Of a DNA stretch of 64,000 bases, positions 56,478 to 64,000 are shown piece by piece. This DNA is from Micropruina sp. (GTDB taxonomy: Bacteria; Actinomycetota; Actinomycetes; Propionibacteriales; Propionibacteriaceae). The notes below the pieces were generated by a model. It worked only from the letters and a program-made list of their open reading frames with translations. It was not told the origin of the DNA and searched no databases. Made by a program: the position numbers and the translations under genes. Where the stretch lies: assembly GCF_047602085.1 (NCBI RefSeq), contig NZ_JASGID010000007.1, forward strand, positions 397,388 through 461,387, in the 5' to 3' direction. The number at the start of each line of letters is the position of its first letter. Position 1 is the stretch's first letter.

Positions 56478-56549
56478 GTTCAGGGGACGGTTCCCAGTGG
56501 TTCAGGGGACGGTTCCCAGTGGTTCAGGGGACGGTTCCCAATGGTTCAG
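56478..56549. repeat. Second repeat family: 3 tandem 22-bp units plus a partial unit
   Basis: GTTCAGGGGACGGTTCCCA at 56478, 56500, 56522; GTTCAG at 56544. Confidence 0.9.
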
Positions 56550-56657
56550 TGCCGAGCCCGGTTTTCGGGCTAACCCACCGAATGCCGAGCCCGTCGTCGC
56601 ATCTGGACCAATCCGAGCTGGCGTCGCCGTTCCCGGGGGCCGATGGCCCTCGGCCAG

Positions 56658-56685
56658 GGAATACTCGCCGAGCCGGCCGGCGTTG
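56658..56685 (+). promoter_or_regulatory. SigH/SigR-type promoter upstream of sigH
   Basis: GGAAT (56658-56662)-N18-CGTTG (56681-56685). Confidence 0.7.
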
Positions 56686-56771
56686 TCAGCGATGTGAGCA
56701 GCATCCACGCCAGGGGCTCGGTACTGGAGCATCCGCCGTCCGCGGTGGCCGACCGGCTAGGCTCATATCTG

Positions 56772-57425
56772 ATGACCATTCCTGCCGCCGGCGAGGCGCT
56801 CGCTGCCGAAGAGCAGCCCGTCGTCGATCCAGCCACCGAAACCGAGGTCGAGCGGGCCGCCCGGTTCGAGCGTGACGCACTGGTCTACCTCGATCAGCTC
56901 TACGGTGCCGCGCTGCGAATGACCCGCAACCCGGCCGATGCCGAAGACCTGGTGCAAGACACCTACGTGAAGGCGTTCGCGTCGTTCCACCAGTTCACCC
57001 CGGGCACGAACCTCAAGGCCTGGCTCTACCGCATTCTCACCAACAGCTTCATCAACACCTACCGCAAGAAGCAGCGCCAGCCGCAGACCTCGGGCGGCGA
57101 CCAGATCGAAGACTGGCAGTTGGCCCGCGCCGAGGCCCACGCTTCGGACGGCCTGCGCACCGCTGAGATGGACGCCCTCGACCGGATGCCCGATTCGGCG
57201 GTGACCGAGGCCATGAACGCGCTGTCGCCCGATTTTCGGCTGGCGGTCTACCTGGCCGACGTGGAGGGCTTCGCCTACAAAGAGATCGCCGAGATCATGG
57301 GCACCCCGATCGGTACCGTGATGTCACGGCTCAACCGCGGCCGCAACCAACTGCGGGCCGCGCTTTCTAATTACGCCCGCGAGCACGGGTTGCGGCGCCG
57401 GGGCGGTGACCATGACCAGTCATGA
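56772..57425 (+). CDS. sigH: ECF sigma factor SigH/SigR
   Basis: [75 protein letters not shown]. Confidence 0.95.
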   Translation: MTIPAAGEALAAEEQPVVDPATETEVERAARFERDALVYLDQLYGAALRMTRNPADAEDLVQDTYVKAFASFHQFTPGTNLKAWLYRILTNSFINTYRKKQRQPQTSGGDQIEDWQLARAEAHASDGLRTAEMDALDRMPDSAVTEAMNALSPDFRLAVYLADVEGFAYKEIAEIMGTPIGTVMSRLNRGRNQLRAALSNYAREHGLRRRGGDHDQS

Positions 57426-57672
57426 GTGCACGCTGGCTCTGCAGCGCCTCTACCAGTTTCTCGACAACGAGCTCGACGAGGCCGACGCCGACGCGATCCG
57501 TGCTCACCTGCAGGCCTGCGAGCCCTGCCTGGACGCATACGGCGTGGAGGAGCACGTCCGTTCGCTGGTGAAGCGGTGCTGCGCCGGGTCGCGGGCGCCG
57601 GACGGGCTGCGGGTGCGGGTCACCCAGGTCACAGCGCTGACGGTGGTCGTGCGCCAGCCGCCGGTCGGCTGA
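57412..57672 (+). CDS. rshA: Zinc-binding anti-sigma factor RshA/RsrA
   Basis: C...LYQFLD.E...HLQACEPC (HxxxCxxC), VKRCC. Confidence 0.92.
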   Translation: MTSHECTLALQRLYQFLDNELDEADADAIRAHLQACEPCLDAYGVEEHVRSLVKRCCAGSRAPDGLRVRVTQVTALTVVVRQPPVG

Positions 57673-57721
57673 GGCAAATCACCAGCAACGCCGCAGGACC
57701 TTCCGCGAAGTAGCGACGACG

Positions 57722-57750
57722 AAACCCCGGCACTAGGTGCTGGGGTTTTT
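57722..57750. terminator. Intrinsic terminator after rshA
   Basis: AAACCCCGGCAC-tag-GTGCTGGGGTTTTT. Confidence 0.85.
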
Positions 57751-57833
57751 GACAGATTCCGCGGGTGAGCGGCGGCCAGCCGACTTCGCCTACCTGTGGA
57801 ATCTCATTTTTCGAGGAACGCTGACTTGTTGCT

Positions 57834-57962
57834 GGTCGAGACCGTGGCAATGCCGTTGTGGCAAGGGGTTTCGACAAGCCCAACCGGCATCGACGTTCGT
57901 TGGTCGAGCTTGTCGAGACCTCGGCCGTGCTGCTCTGGCTCAGGGTTTCGACAAGCTCAACC
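57834..57962. repeat. REP cluster (deleted left arm plus 3 full copies)
   Basis: GGTCGAGACC at 57834 (9-nt internal deletion); full copies at 57867-57885, 57902-57920, 57944-57962. Confidence 0.85.
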
Positions 57963-58012
57963 AGCGGTGGTTACGTTGAGTAGCGCTTCCTCGGGTGAAG
58001 CGACTCGGCGAC

Positions 58013-58087
58013 TCAGGCGTTGGGACGATTGCCGTGATTCGCCTTGTTCTTCCTGCGGGAACGACGCTTACGTCCACCCTTGCCCAT
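58013..58087 (-). CDS. 50S ribosomal protein bL37 (24 aa; below the ORF-track cutoff)
   Basis: SD AAGGAG, then MGKGGRKRRSRRKNKANHGNRPNA*, which resembles the actinobacterial bL37 pattern; located beside rshA/pdtaS. Confidence 0.88.
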   Translation of the reverse strand: MGKGGRKRRSRRKNKANHGNRPNA

Positions 58088-58158
58088 GCCGGTCTCCTTC
58101 GTGTGTGCTCGTGGGCGCCCGTCGGCGCGATCATCTATTCTGCCATAGGGTGGCAGGC

Positions 58159-59616
58159 ATGCTGACGATGGCCGAGGTGATCGACGCGCACACTTCCCTC
58201 GGCCCAGAGGACGTGGCCTGGCTGGACCATCTAGTGGCCGAGTGGCACCTGCTGGCCGATCTGGCGTTTTCGGACCTGATCCTGTGGGTGCCGGGCGTCG
58301 ACGACAACGTCTTCTGGGCCTGCGCGCAGGTACGTCCCACTACCGGGCCGACCGCACTCGAAGACGACGTGGTGGGGGAGGACATCCACTACGACCCCGA
58401 GCATCAGGTGACCGAGGCGTACCTGTCGCACGAGATCGTGCTCACCAGCGGCAATCAGTTGCGCGCCGGCATCCCGGTGGACGTGCATGCCATTCCGGTG
58501 GTGCGGGGCGGCCGGGTGATCGGCATAGTCGAGGCGCACACCAACCAGATGGGGGTGCGCGCGCCCGGCGCGCTCGAAGACGCCTATCTCGAGGCCGCGG
58601 ACGTGCTGTCGGGCATGGTGCACCGCTGCGAGTACCCGGCCGACGTCGACAAGTCGGTGCCCTGGGTCTCGCCCCGGGTCGGCGACGGCATGCTCCGGGT
58701 GAGGGCAGACGGCATGGTCACCTACGCGAGCCCGAACGCGGTCAGCGCCTATCGCCGGATGGGTCTGACCGCCGACCTGGAGGGTGAGAACCTGGCCCGG
58801 GTCACTATGGCGCTGCTGCGCACCAGGGCCCCGGTCGAGATGTCGCTGACCAACGTGCTGCGTGGCCGGGGCCAGCACGAGGTCGAGGTCGAGACCCCTG
58901 ACGTGCAGTTGCGGTTGCGCATCATCAACCTGCAGAACGACGAGGGCCCGGTGGGCCAACTGGTGCTGTGCCGCGACACCACCGAACTGCGTAGCCGTGA
59001 ACGGCAACTGGTCACCAAGGATGCGACGATCCGCGAGATTCACCACCGGGTGAAGAACAACCTGCAGACGGTGGCCGCCTTGCTGCGACTGCAATCCCGG
59101 CGTATCTCACTGCCCGAGGCGAAAGGGGCGCTCAACGACGCCATGAAGCGCGTGGGTGCCATCGCGGTGGTGCACGAGATCCTGTCCCAGGCCTTCGACA
59201 CCTCGGTGAAGTTCGACGACGTGGCCGACCGGCTGCTGCGTATGGTGGTTGACGTGGCCGCTACCGGTGAACCGGTGCAGCTCAAGCGTGAAGGCTCCTT
59301 CGGCTACGTGCCGGCCGATGTCGCCACCAGCCTGTCACTGGTGCTCACCGAGCTGTGCCAGAACGCCATCGAACACGGTCTTGGGCAAGATCGCGGAGTG
59401 GTGTGGGTGAAGCCCCGCCAGCACGACGGACAGCTAGTGGTCGAGGTCATCAACGAGGGCGAGCCGTTGCCGCCCGAGTTCGAACTGGGCTCCAGTAACA
59501 GCCTGGGGCTGTCGATCGTCACCACGCTGGTGGACGACCTGGGCGGCGAGTTCACCCTCAGTTCCGGCGAGACCTCGGTGGGCACGGTGGCCCGGGTGTC
59601 GATTCCGCTGGCCTAA
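58159..59616 (+). CDS. pdtaS: Cytoplasmic sensor histidine kinase PdtaS
   Basis: EWHLLADLAFSDLILWV, RPTTGPT, PRVGDG, EIHHRVKNNLQTVAALLRLQ, ELCQNAIEHG, LGLSIV. Confidence 0.93.
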   Translation: MLTMAEVIDAHTSLGPEDVAWLDHLVAEWHLLADLAFSDLILWVPGVDDNVFWACAQVRPTTGPTALEDDVVGEDIHYDPEHQVTEAYLSHEIVLTSGNQLRAGIPVDVHAIPVVRGGRVIGIVEAHTNQMGVRAPGALEDAYLEAADVLSGMVHRCEYPADVDKSVPWVSPRVGDGMLRVRADGMVTYASPNAVSAYRRMGLTADLEGENLARVTMALLRTRAPVEMSLTNVLRGRGQHEVEVETPDVQLRLRIINLQNDEGPVGQLVLCRDTTELRSRERQLVTKDATIREIHHRVKNNLQTVAALLRLQSRRISLPEAKGALNDAMKRVGAIAVVHEILSQAFDTSVKFDDVADRLLRMVVDVAATGEPVQLKREGSFGYVPADVATSLSLVLTELCQNAIEHGLGQDRGVVWVKPRQHDGQLVVEVINEGEPLPPEFELGSSNSLGLSIVTTLVDDLGGEFTLSSGETSVGTVARVSIPLA

Positions 59617-59644
59617 GGAAGTACTGATCGCTGCGTCCACCGTT

Positions 59645-59800
59645 GGTCGAGCTTGTCGAAACCCCTAGTGAGAGCACACCGTTTGAGGTCTCGACAAGCT
59701 CGACCAGCGAAAAATCAGCGTTTCCCCAATGATTTGGCTGGTCAAGTTCGTCGAGAGCTCGGATATTTCGCTCCGGCAAGGGGGTTCGACAAGGTCGACC
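59645..59800. repeat. Two REP inverted doublets
   Basis: 59645-59663 / 59687-59705 and degenerate 59740-59758 / 59782-59800. Confidence 0.85.
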
Positions 59801-59904
59801 AGCGCTTCCCTGGTTCAGGCCCCAAGGCTGGATCAGGCACCGGACGTGGCTCGGGTTGAGCGCAGCGTCCGGGCCGCCCGGTCGGGCTCAGCAGCCGGTC
59901 GGGC

Positions 59905-60156
59905 TCAACTTGCTCGCACGCGCGAACGTGCCGCGCGCCGCTTGAGGGCCCGCCGCTCGTCCTCGCTCAGGCCACCCCAGACGCCGTGGTCCTGGCCGAC
60001 GTCGAGCGCCCACTGAAGACACGCTTCACGAACGTCGCAGCGTTTGCACACCTTCTTGGCCTCCTGAATCTGCATCAGGGCCGGGCCGGTGTTCCCGACG
60101 GGAAAGAATAGCTCCGGGTCCTCGGTGAGGCAGGCAGCGCGATGGCGCCAATCCAT
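59905..60156 (-). CDS. whiB1: WhiB1 (WblE) Fe-S transcriptional regulator
   Basis: MDWRHRAACLTEDPELFFPVGNTGPA...VCKRCDVREACL.WAL..GQD.GVWGGLSEDERRALKRR; SD AAGGAG. Confidence 0.96.
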   Translation of the reverse strand: MDWRHRAACLTEDPELFFPVGNTGPALMQIQEAKKVCKRCDVREACLQWALDVGQDHGVWGGLSEDERRALKRRAARSRVRAS

Positions 60157-60352
60157 GCGGCTTCCAACTCCTTCTTGTGAAGATCTTGTGCCCGAGAGGG
60201 CAGGAGCGCCACCTCTGCGATGGCGCACAACTTAACGACTATAGCCTGACAAGTCATTGCCAGTCAGTACAAGATGCCGATCAGTAAATGAACGAATCGC
60301 CACGAGTATTCCCGGCCCCGCGCAGGTGTGCGACCTGCACTACCGTGGGCCC

Positions 60353-60787
60353 GTGCAGAACCGACCGTGGGGCCTGATCGTGGCTTGTGCCGGCACCGCC
60401 CTGCTGGGGCTGGTCTTCGTGGTGTTCGCCGGCGTGAGCGTCGCGTCGGGCCACGGCATCTTCAGCCTGCAGATCGGCCTTCTGCTGGCCGCGTTCGGGT
60501 TGCTGCTGATCGGTTCGGCGATCGGGGTGTGGCAGTTGCGGATGTGGGCCCGGGGTCCACTGGCGGCGTTCAACCTGATGGCCGGCTTCGGGTTCGGCGA
60601 ATACCTGAAGGATCAGGTGTGGATGCTGGCACTGGTGCTGCTGTGCGTGGCCTCGGTGGTGGGCATTGTGGCGCCCAGCACCACCAGGGCGCTTCAGTCG
60701 CGGGTCAAGCCAGCCGACCAGCCCCGGCCGCCGGGAGCACCACGAACGTGGCTGGGACGTTTCGTCCGGACTCAGAAAACGCCGTAG
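60353..60787 (+). CDS. Hypothetical membrane protein (4 TM)
   Basis: Four hydrophobic segments, LRMWARGP motif; TACCGT -10 lies 6 nt before the GTG; 3' end overlaps galK by 83 nt. Confidence 0.7.
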   Translation: MQNRPWGLIVACAGTALLGLVFVVFAGVSVASGHGIFSLQIGLLLAAFGLLLIGSAIGVWQLRMWARGPLAAFNLMAGFGFGEYLKDQVWMLALVLLCVASVVGIVAPSTTRALQSRVKPADQPRPPGAPRTWLGRFVRTQKTP

Positions 60788-61853
60788 TCACCGCCGTGGC
60801 GATGGCCTCGACGCGATCGAGTGGCGCCAGTGCCAGCACGCAACCGCCGAAACCCCCGCCGGTCATGCGAGCGCCCAAGGCGCCGTTGGCCAGTGCGGTC
60901 TCGACGGCCAGATCGACCGAGGGTTCAGTGATTTCGTAGTCGTCGCGCATCGATGCGTGCGAGGCCGTCATCAGTTGGCCAAGCCGGGGCAGGTCGTCGG
61001 CCCGCAGTGCGGCGCAGGCGCTCAGCACCCGCTGGTTCTCGGTCACCACATGCCGCGTCCGACGCGCCAGGCGTTCGTCGGGCAGCTCGGGCAGTCTGCG
61101 GTTCAGCTCGTCCACGCTCACGTCGCGCAGGGCAGCGACGCCGAGCAGGCGGGCCGCCTGTTCACAATCGGCGCGCCGGGTGGCGTACTCACCGCCGGCG
61201 TGACTGTGCCGGGTGAGGGTGTCGATCACCAAGATCGCCTGGCCGTGCGCGGCCAGGTCGAGTGGCACCTGCTGCACCTGAAGTGAGCGGCAGTCCAGAA
61301 ATAGCGCGTGGCCTTCGGTGCACAACGTGGACGCGGCCTGGTCCATCAGGCCCGTGGGTGCGCCGACGTAGGCATTCTCGGTGATTCGGGCAAGCTTGGC
61401 CCGAGCCATCGGCGCAATCCCCAGGCCGTGCAGGTCGTTCAGCGCCTCGACCAGCACGCACTCGATCGCCGCGGACGACGACAGCCCGGCCCCGATCGGC
61501 ACGTCCGAGGCCAGGGCCAGGTCGGCGCCGCCCACATCGTGCCCGGCCTCGCGCAGCGCCCAGAACACCCCGGCCAGGTAGGCGTGCCAGCCGTCGTGGT
61601 TGGGCCGCAGCTCGTGCAGTGAGGTCTCGAAGGTCTCGCCCAGGTCGACCGAGACAATCCGGATCACGCCGTCGTCGCGGCGTCCGGCGGCCAGGTATGC
61701 GGCCTGCGGCAACGCGAACGGCATGACGAAGCCGTCGTTGTAGTCGGTGTGTTCGCCGATCAGGTTGATCCGCCCCGGAGCACGCCAGATACCCTCGGGT
61801 GCTGCCCCGGTGAGGTCGTGGTAGGCCTCGAGCACCGCCAGATCGAGGGTCAC
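60705..61853 (-). CDS. galK: Galactokinase
   Basis: APGRINLIGEHTDYNDG, VPIGAGLSSSAA, GLMDQ, GARMTGGGFGG. Confidence 0.95.
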   Translation of the reverse strand: MTLDLAVLEAYHDLTGAAPEGIWRAPGRINLIGEHTDYNDGFVMPFALPQAAYLAAGRRDDGVIRIVSVDLGETFETSLHELRPNHDGWHAYLAGVFWALREAGHDVGGADLALASDVPIGAGLSSSAAIECVLVEALNDLHGLGIAPMARAKLARITENAYVGAPTGLMDQAASTLCTEGHALFLDCRSLQVQQVPLDLAAHGQAILVIDTLTRHSHAGGEYATRRADCEQAARLLGVAALRDVSVDELNRRLPELPDERLARRTRHVVTENQRVLSACAALRADDLPRLGQLMTASHASMRDDYEITEPSVDLAVETALANGALGARMTGGGFGGCVLALAPLDRVEAIATAVTTAFSESGRNVPATFVVLPAAGAGRLA

Positions 61854-64000
61854 GCGAAGGCCGCTTCGAGCAGCGCGTCCAGTTGTGCACGGTGCACCTT
61901 GAGCGACCCGACCGACGGCGCTGAGGCAGCCGGACGGGTGACCGACGTCATGCGCAGGTCGTAGCCGGGCAGGAAGGCGGCAACCGCTTCGGGCAGGTGC
62001 TGTTCAATGAACCACCAGGCACCCTGGTTCTCGGGCTCGTCCTGCACGTAACGCACCACGGCGGTCTTGGGCAGTTCGGCCAACAGTGCGGCGATCTCTT
62101 TTGCCGGCAGCGGGTAGAGCCGCTCCAGCGACAGGATCGCCACCTTGCCGTCGAGACCCGCCTCGTGCCGGGCGGTGGCCAGATCCCAGCGCAGCTTGCC
62201 CGAACAGAGCAGAATGCGGTCGACCTGCGACGGGTCGGTGATCGACGCGTCGCCGATCGCCGGCTGCCAGCGCCCCTGGGTGAAGTCGGTGGGCTGTGAA
62301 ACGGCCAGCTTGTTGCGCAGCATCGACTTGGGCGTGGCGATCACCACCGGACGGTGCCAGTTCACGTACGCGTGCGTGCGCAGCAGGTGAAAGTAGCTCG
62401 CCGGGGTGGACGGCTGGCACACCGCCAGCGCGCCCTCATGGCATAGCTGAAGCCACCGCTCGATGCGCATGGACGAGTGGTCGGGGCCCTGACCTTCGTA
62501 ACCGTGGGGGAGTAGCAGCACGACGCCCGACTTCTGGGTCCACTTGGCGTTGGCCGAGGCGATGAACTCGTCGGCGATGGTCTGAGCGCCATTGGCGAAG
62601 TCGCCGAACTGGGCCTCCCAGCACACCAGCGCGTCGGGAGCGGCCACCGAGTAGCCGTACTCGAAGCCCATCGCCGCGTACTCGCTCAGTAGCGAGTCGT
62701 AGACGTGAAAAGTGCCCTGCGTGTCGGCGAGGTGGTTGAGCGGCACGTAGCTCTCGGCGTTGTCGCGGTCGATCACCGCCGCGAACCGCTGCACGAACGT
62801 GCCGCGGCGGGAGTCCTGGCCCACCAGGCGCACGGGACGGCCCTCCAGCAGCAACGACCCGAAGGCGAGCAGTTCAGCGGTGGCCCAGTCGATCGGGCCG
62901 TTGAGAATGCCGTCCGCCCGCCGCTGCAACTGCGGCAGCACCTTGGGGTGTACCGCGAACCCCTCGGGGAACGTCACGTGTGCCCGGGCCACCTTCGCCA
63001 TCGTCTCGGCGCTGATCGTGGTGCCTTGGGTCTTGCCGAGCTTGGGCGGGTAGTACGGCACCCGGCGGTAGGAGTCGTCGGCCTCGGCGTCCTCGCGGGC
63101 CTGTTTGAACACGCTTTCGAGGCCGTCGCGAAACCGGGTGAGCACGGCCTCGGCGTCCTCGGTGCTGATGTCGCCACGGCCGATCAGGGCTTCGGTGTAC
63201 AGCTTGCGCACGCTGCGCTTCTGCTCGATCAGGTCGTACATGCGCGGCTGGGTGAAGCTCGGGTCGTCCCCCTCGTTGTGGCCGCGACGGCGGTAGCAGA
63301 CGATGTCGAGCACGACGTCCTTGCTGAACCGCTGGCGGTACTCGAAGGCGAGCTGCGCGATGCGGGCGACGGCCTCGGGGTCGTCGCCGTTGACGTGAAA
63401 GATCGGCGACTGAATGGCCTTGGCCACGTCGGTGCAGTACACCGACGTGCGCGAGTCGAACGGCGAGGTGGTGAAACCGACCTGGTTGTTCACCACCACG
63501 TGAATGGTGCCGCCGGTCTTGTAGGGCCGCAACTGGCTCATCTGCAGGGTTTCGTACACCACGCCCTGGCCGGCGAACGAGGCGTCGCCGTGCAGCAGGA
63601 TCGGCAGCACCGGGTAGCCCTCGTGGGCCCCGAGTTGGTCGAGTTTGGCCCGGGCGATGCCCTCGAGCACCGGATCGACCGCTTCGAGGTGGCTCGGGTT
63701 GGCGGCCACCGACGTCTTGATCGTCTTGCCCGACAACGCGGTGAACTGACCCTCGGCGCCCAGGTGATACTTCACGTCACCGGTGCCCTGGGCGTGCCGC
63801 GGGTCGACGCTGCCCTCGAACTCCTTGAAGATCTGCCCGTAACTCTTGCCCACGATGTTGGCCAGCACGTTGAGCCGGCCACGGTGCGGCATGCCGATGC
63901 AGACCTCGTCGAGCCCGGCGTTGGCGGCGGCGTCGCACAACTCGTCCAGCAGCACGATGGTCGACTCGCCCCCCTCGAGGCTAAACCGCTTCTGGCCTAC
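61850..64000 (-). CDS. kgd: Multifunctional 2-oxoglutarate decarboxylase/dehydrogenase Kgd (5' end beyond window)
   Basis: GQKRFSLEGGES at the edge, GMPHRGRLNVL, LLHGDASFAGQG (ThDP motif), YRRRGHNEGDDP, WEAQFGDFANG, HGYEGQGPDHSS. Confidence 0.96.
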   Translation of the reverse strand, partial: VGQKRFSLEGGESTIVLLDELCDAAANAGLDEVCIGMPHRGRLNVLANIVGKSYGQIFKEFEGSVDPRHAQGTGDVKYHLGAEGQFTALSGKTIKTSVAANPSHLEAVDPVLEGIARAKLDQLGAHEGYPVLPILLHGDASFAGQGVVYETLQMSQLRPYKTGGTIHVVVNNQVGFTTSPFDSRTSVYCTDVAKAIQSPIFHVNGDDPEAVARIAQLAFEYRQRFSKDVVLDIVCYRRRGHNEGDDPSFTQPRMYDLIEQKRSVRKLYTEALIGRGDISTEDAEAVLTRFRDGLESVFKQAREDAEADDSYRRVPYYPPKLGKTQGTTISAETMAKVARAHVTFPEGFAVHPKVLPQLQRRADGILNGPIDWATAELLAFGSLLLEGRPVRLVGQDSRRGTFVQRFAAVIDRDNAESYVPLNHLADTQGTFHVYDSLLSEYAAMGFEYGYSVAAPDALVCWEAQFGDFANGAQTIADEFIASANAKWTQKSGVVLLLPHGYEGQGPDHSSMRIERWLQLCHEGALAVCQPSTPASYFHLLRTHAYVNWHRPVVIATPKSMLRNKLAVSQPTDFTQGRWQPAIGDASITDPSQVDRILLCSGKLRWDLATARHEAGLDGKVAILSLERLYPLPAKEIAALLAELPKTAVVRYVQDEPENQGAWWFIEQHLPEAVAAFLPGYDLRMTSVTRPAASAPSVGSLKVHRAQLDALLEAAFA

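Noticed and set aside
61850-64000. Functional linkage between kgd and the PknG-like operon because both are in this window
   Set aside because: They are about 60 kb apart with unrelated backbone between them, and no GarA/OdhI FHA gene is in view.

Overview
High-GC actinobacterial chromosome segment, most consistent with Propionibacteriaceae (PPA1309-family gene, Kgd, WhiB1/PdtaS/SigH block). Left end (1-7511, minus): a tightly coupled operon telA - xpaC-like - CbbX/SpoVK-type AAA ATPase - GlnX-like 4-TM protein - soluble helical protein - PknG-like kinase (cut by the window edge). It looks like a glnX-pknG module with the glnH slot replaced and a TelA/XpaC/AAA front end added; this is the best candidate for an undescribed system. 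Next come a frameshifted CPBP protease, a NarL-type two-component pair and cspA. A ~22-kb DNA-repair block follows (adnAB, recQ, nudC, recCBD, uvrD2); its four helicase/nuclease units each carry a PafBC-type TGTCGG-N10-TANNNT promoter (two perfect, two with one mismatch). The rest is mostly conserved actinobacterial backbone: ABC1 kinase, TOMM/ThiF-like, M48, Zn-protease, PDZ-Lon, PPA1309, UPF0182, M16 pair, tRNA-fMet, peptide ABC transporter, hisN-rsgA-aroA, SRAP, sigH-rshA, bL37, pdtaS, whiB1, galK, kgd (partial). Two families of short non-autonomous repeats are present: about 28 copies of a 19-bp REP (two inside the AAA ATPase CDS) and a GGTTCAGGGGACGGTTC family at two loci. No CRISPR array, integrase or transposase was seen. 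All calls come from reading sequence and motifs by eye; no database searches were run.
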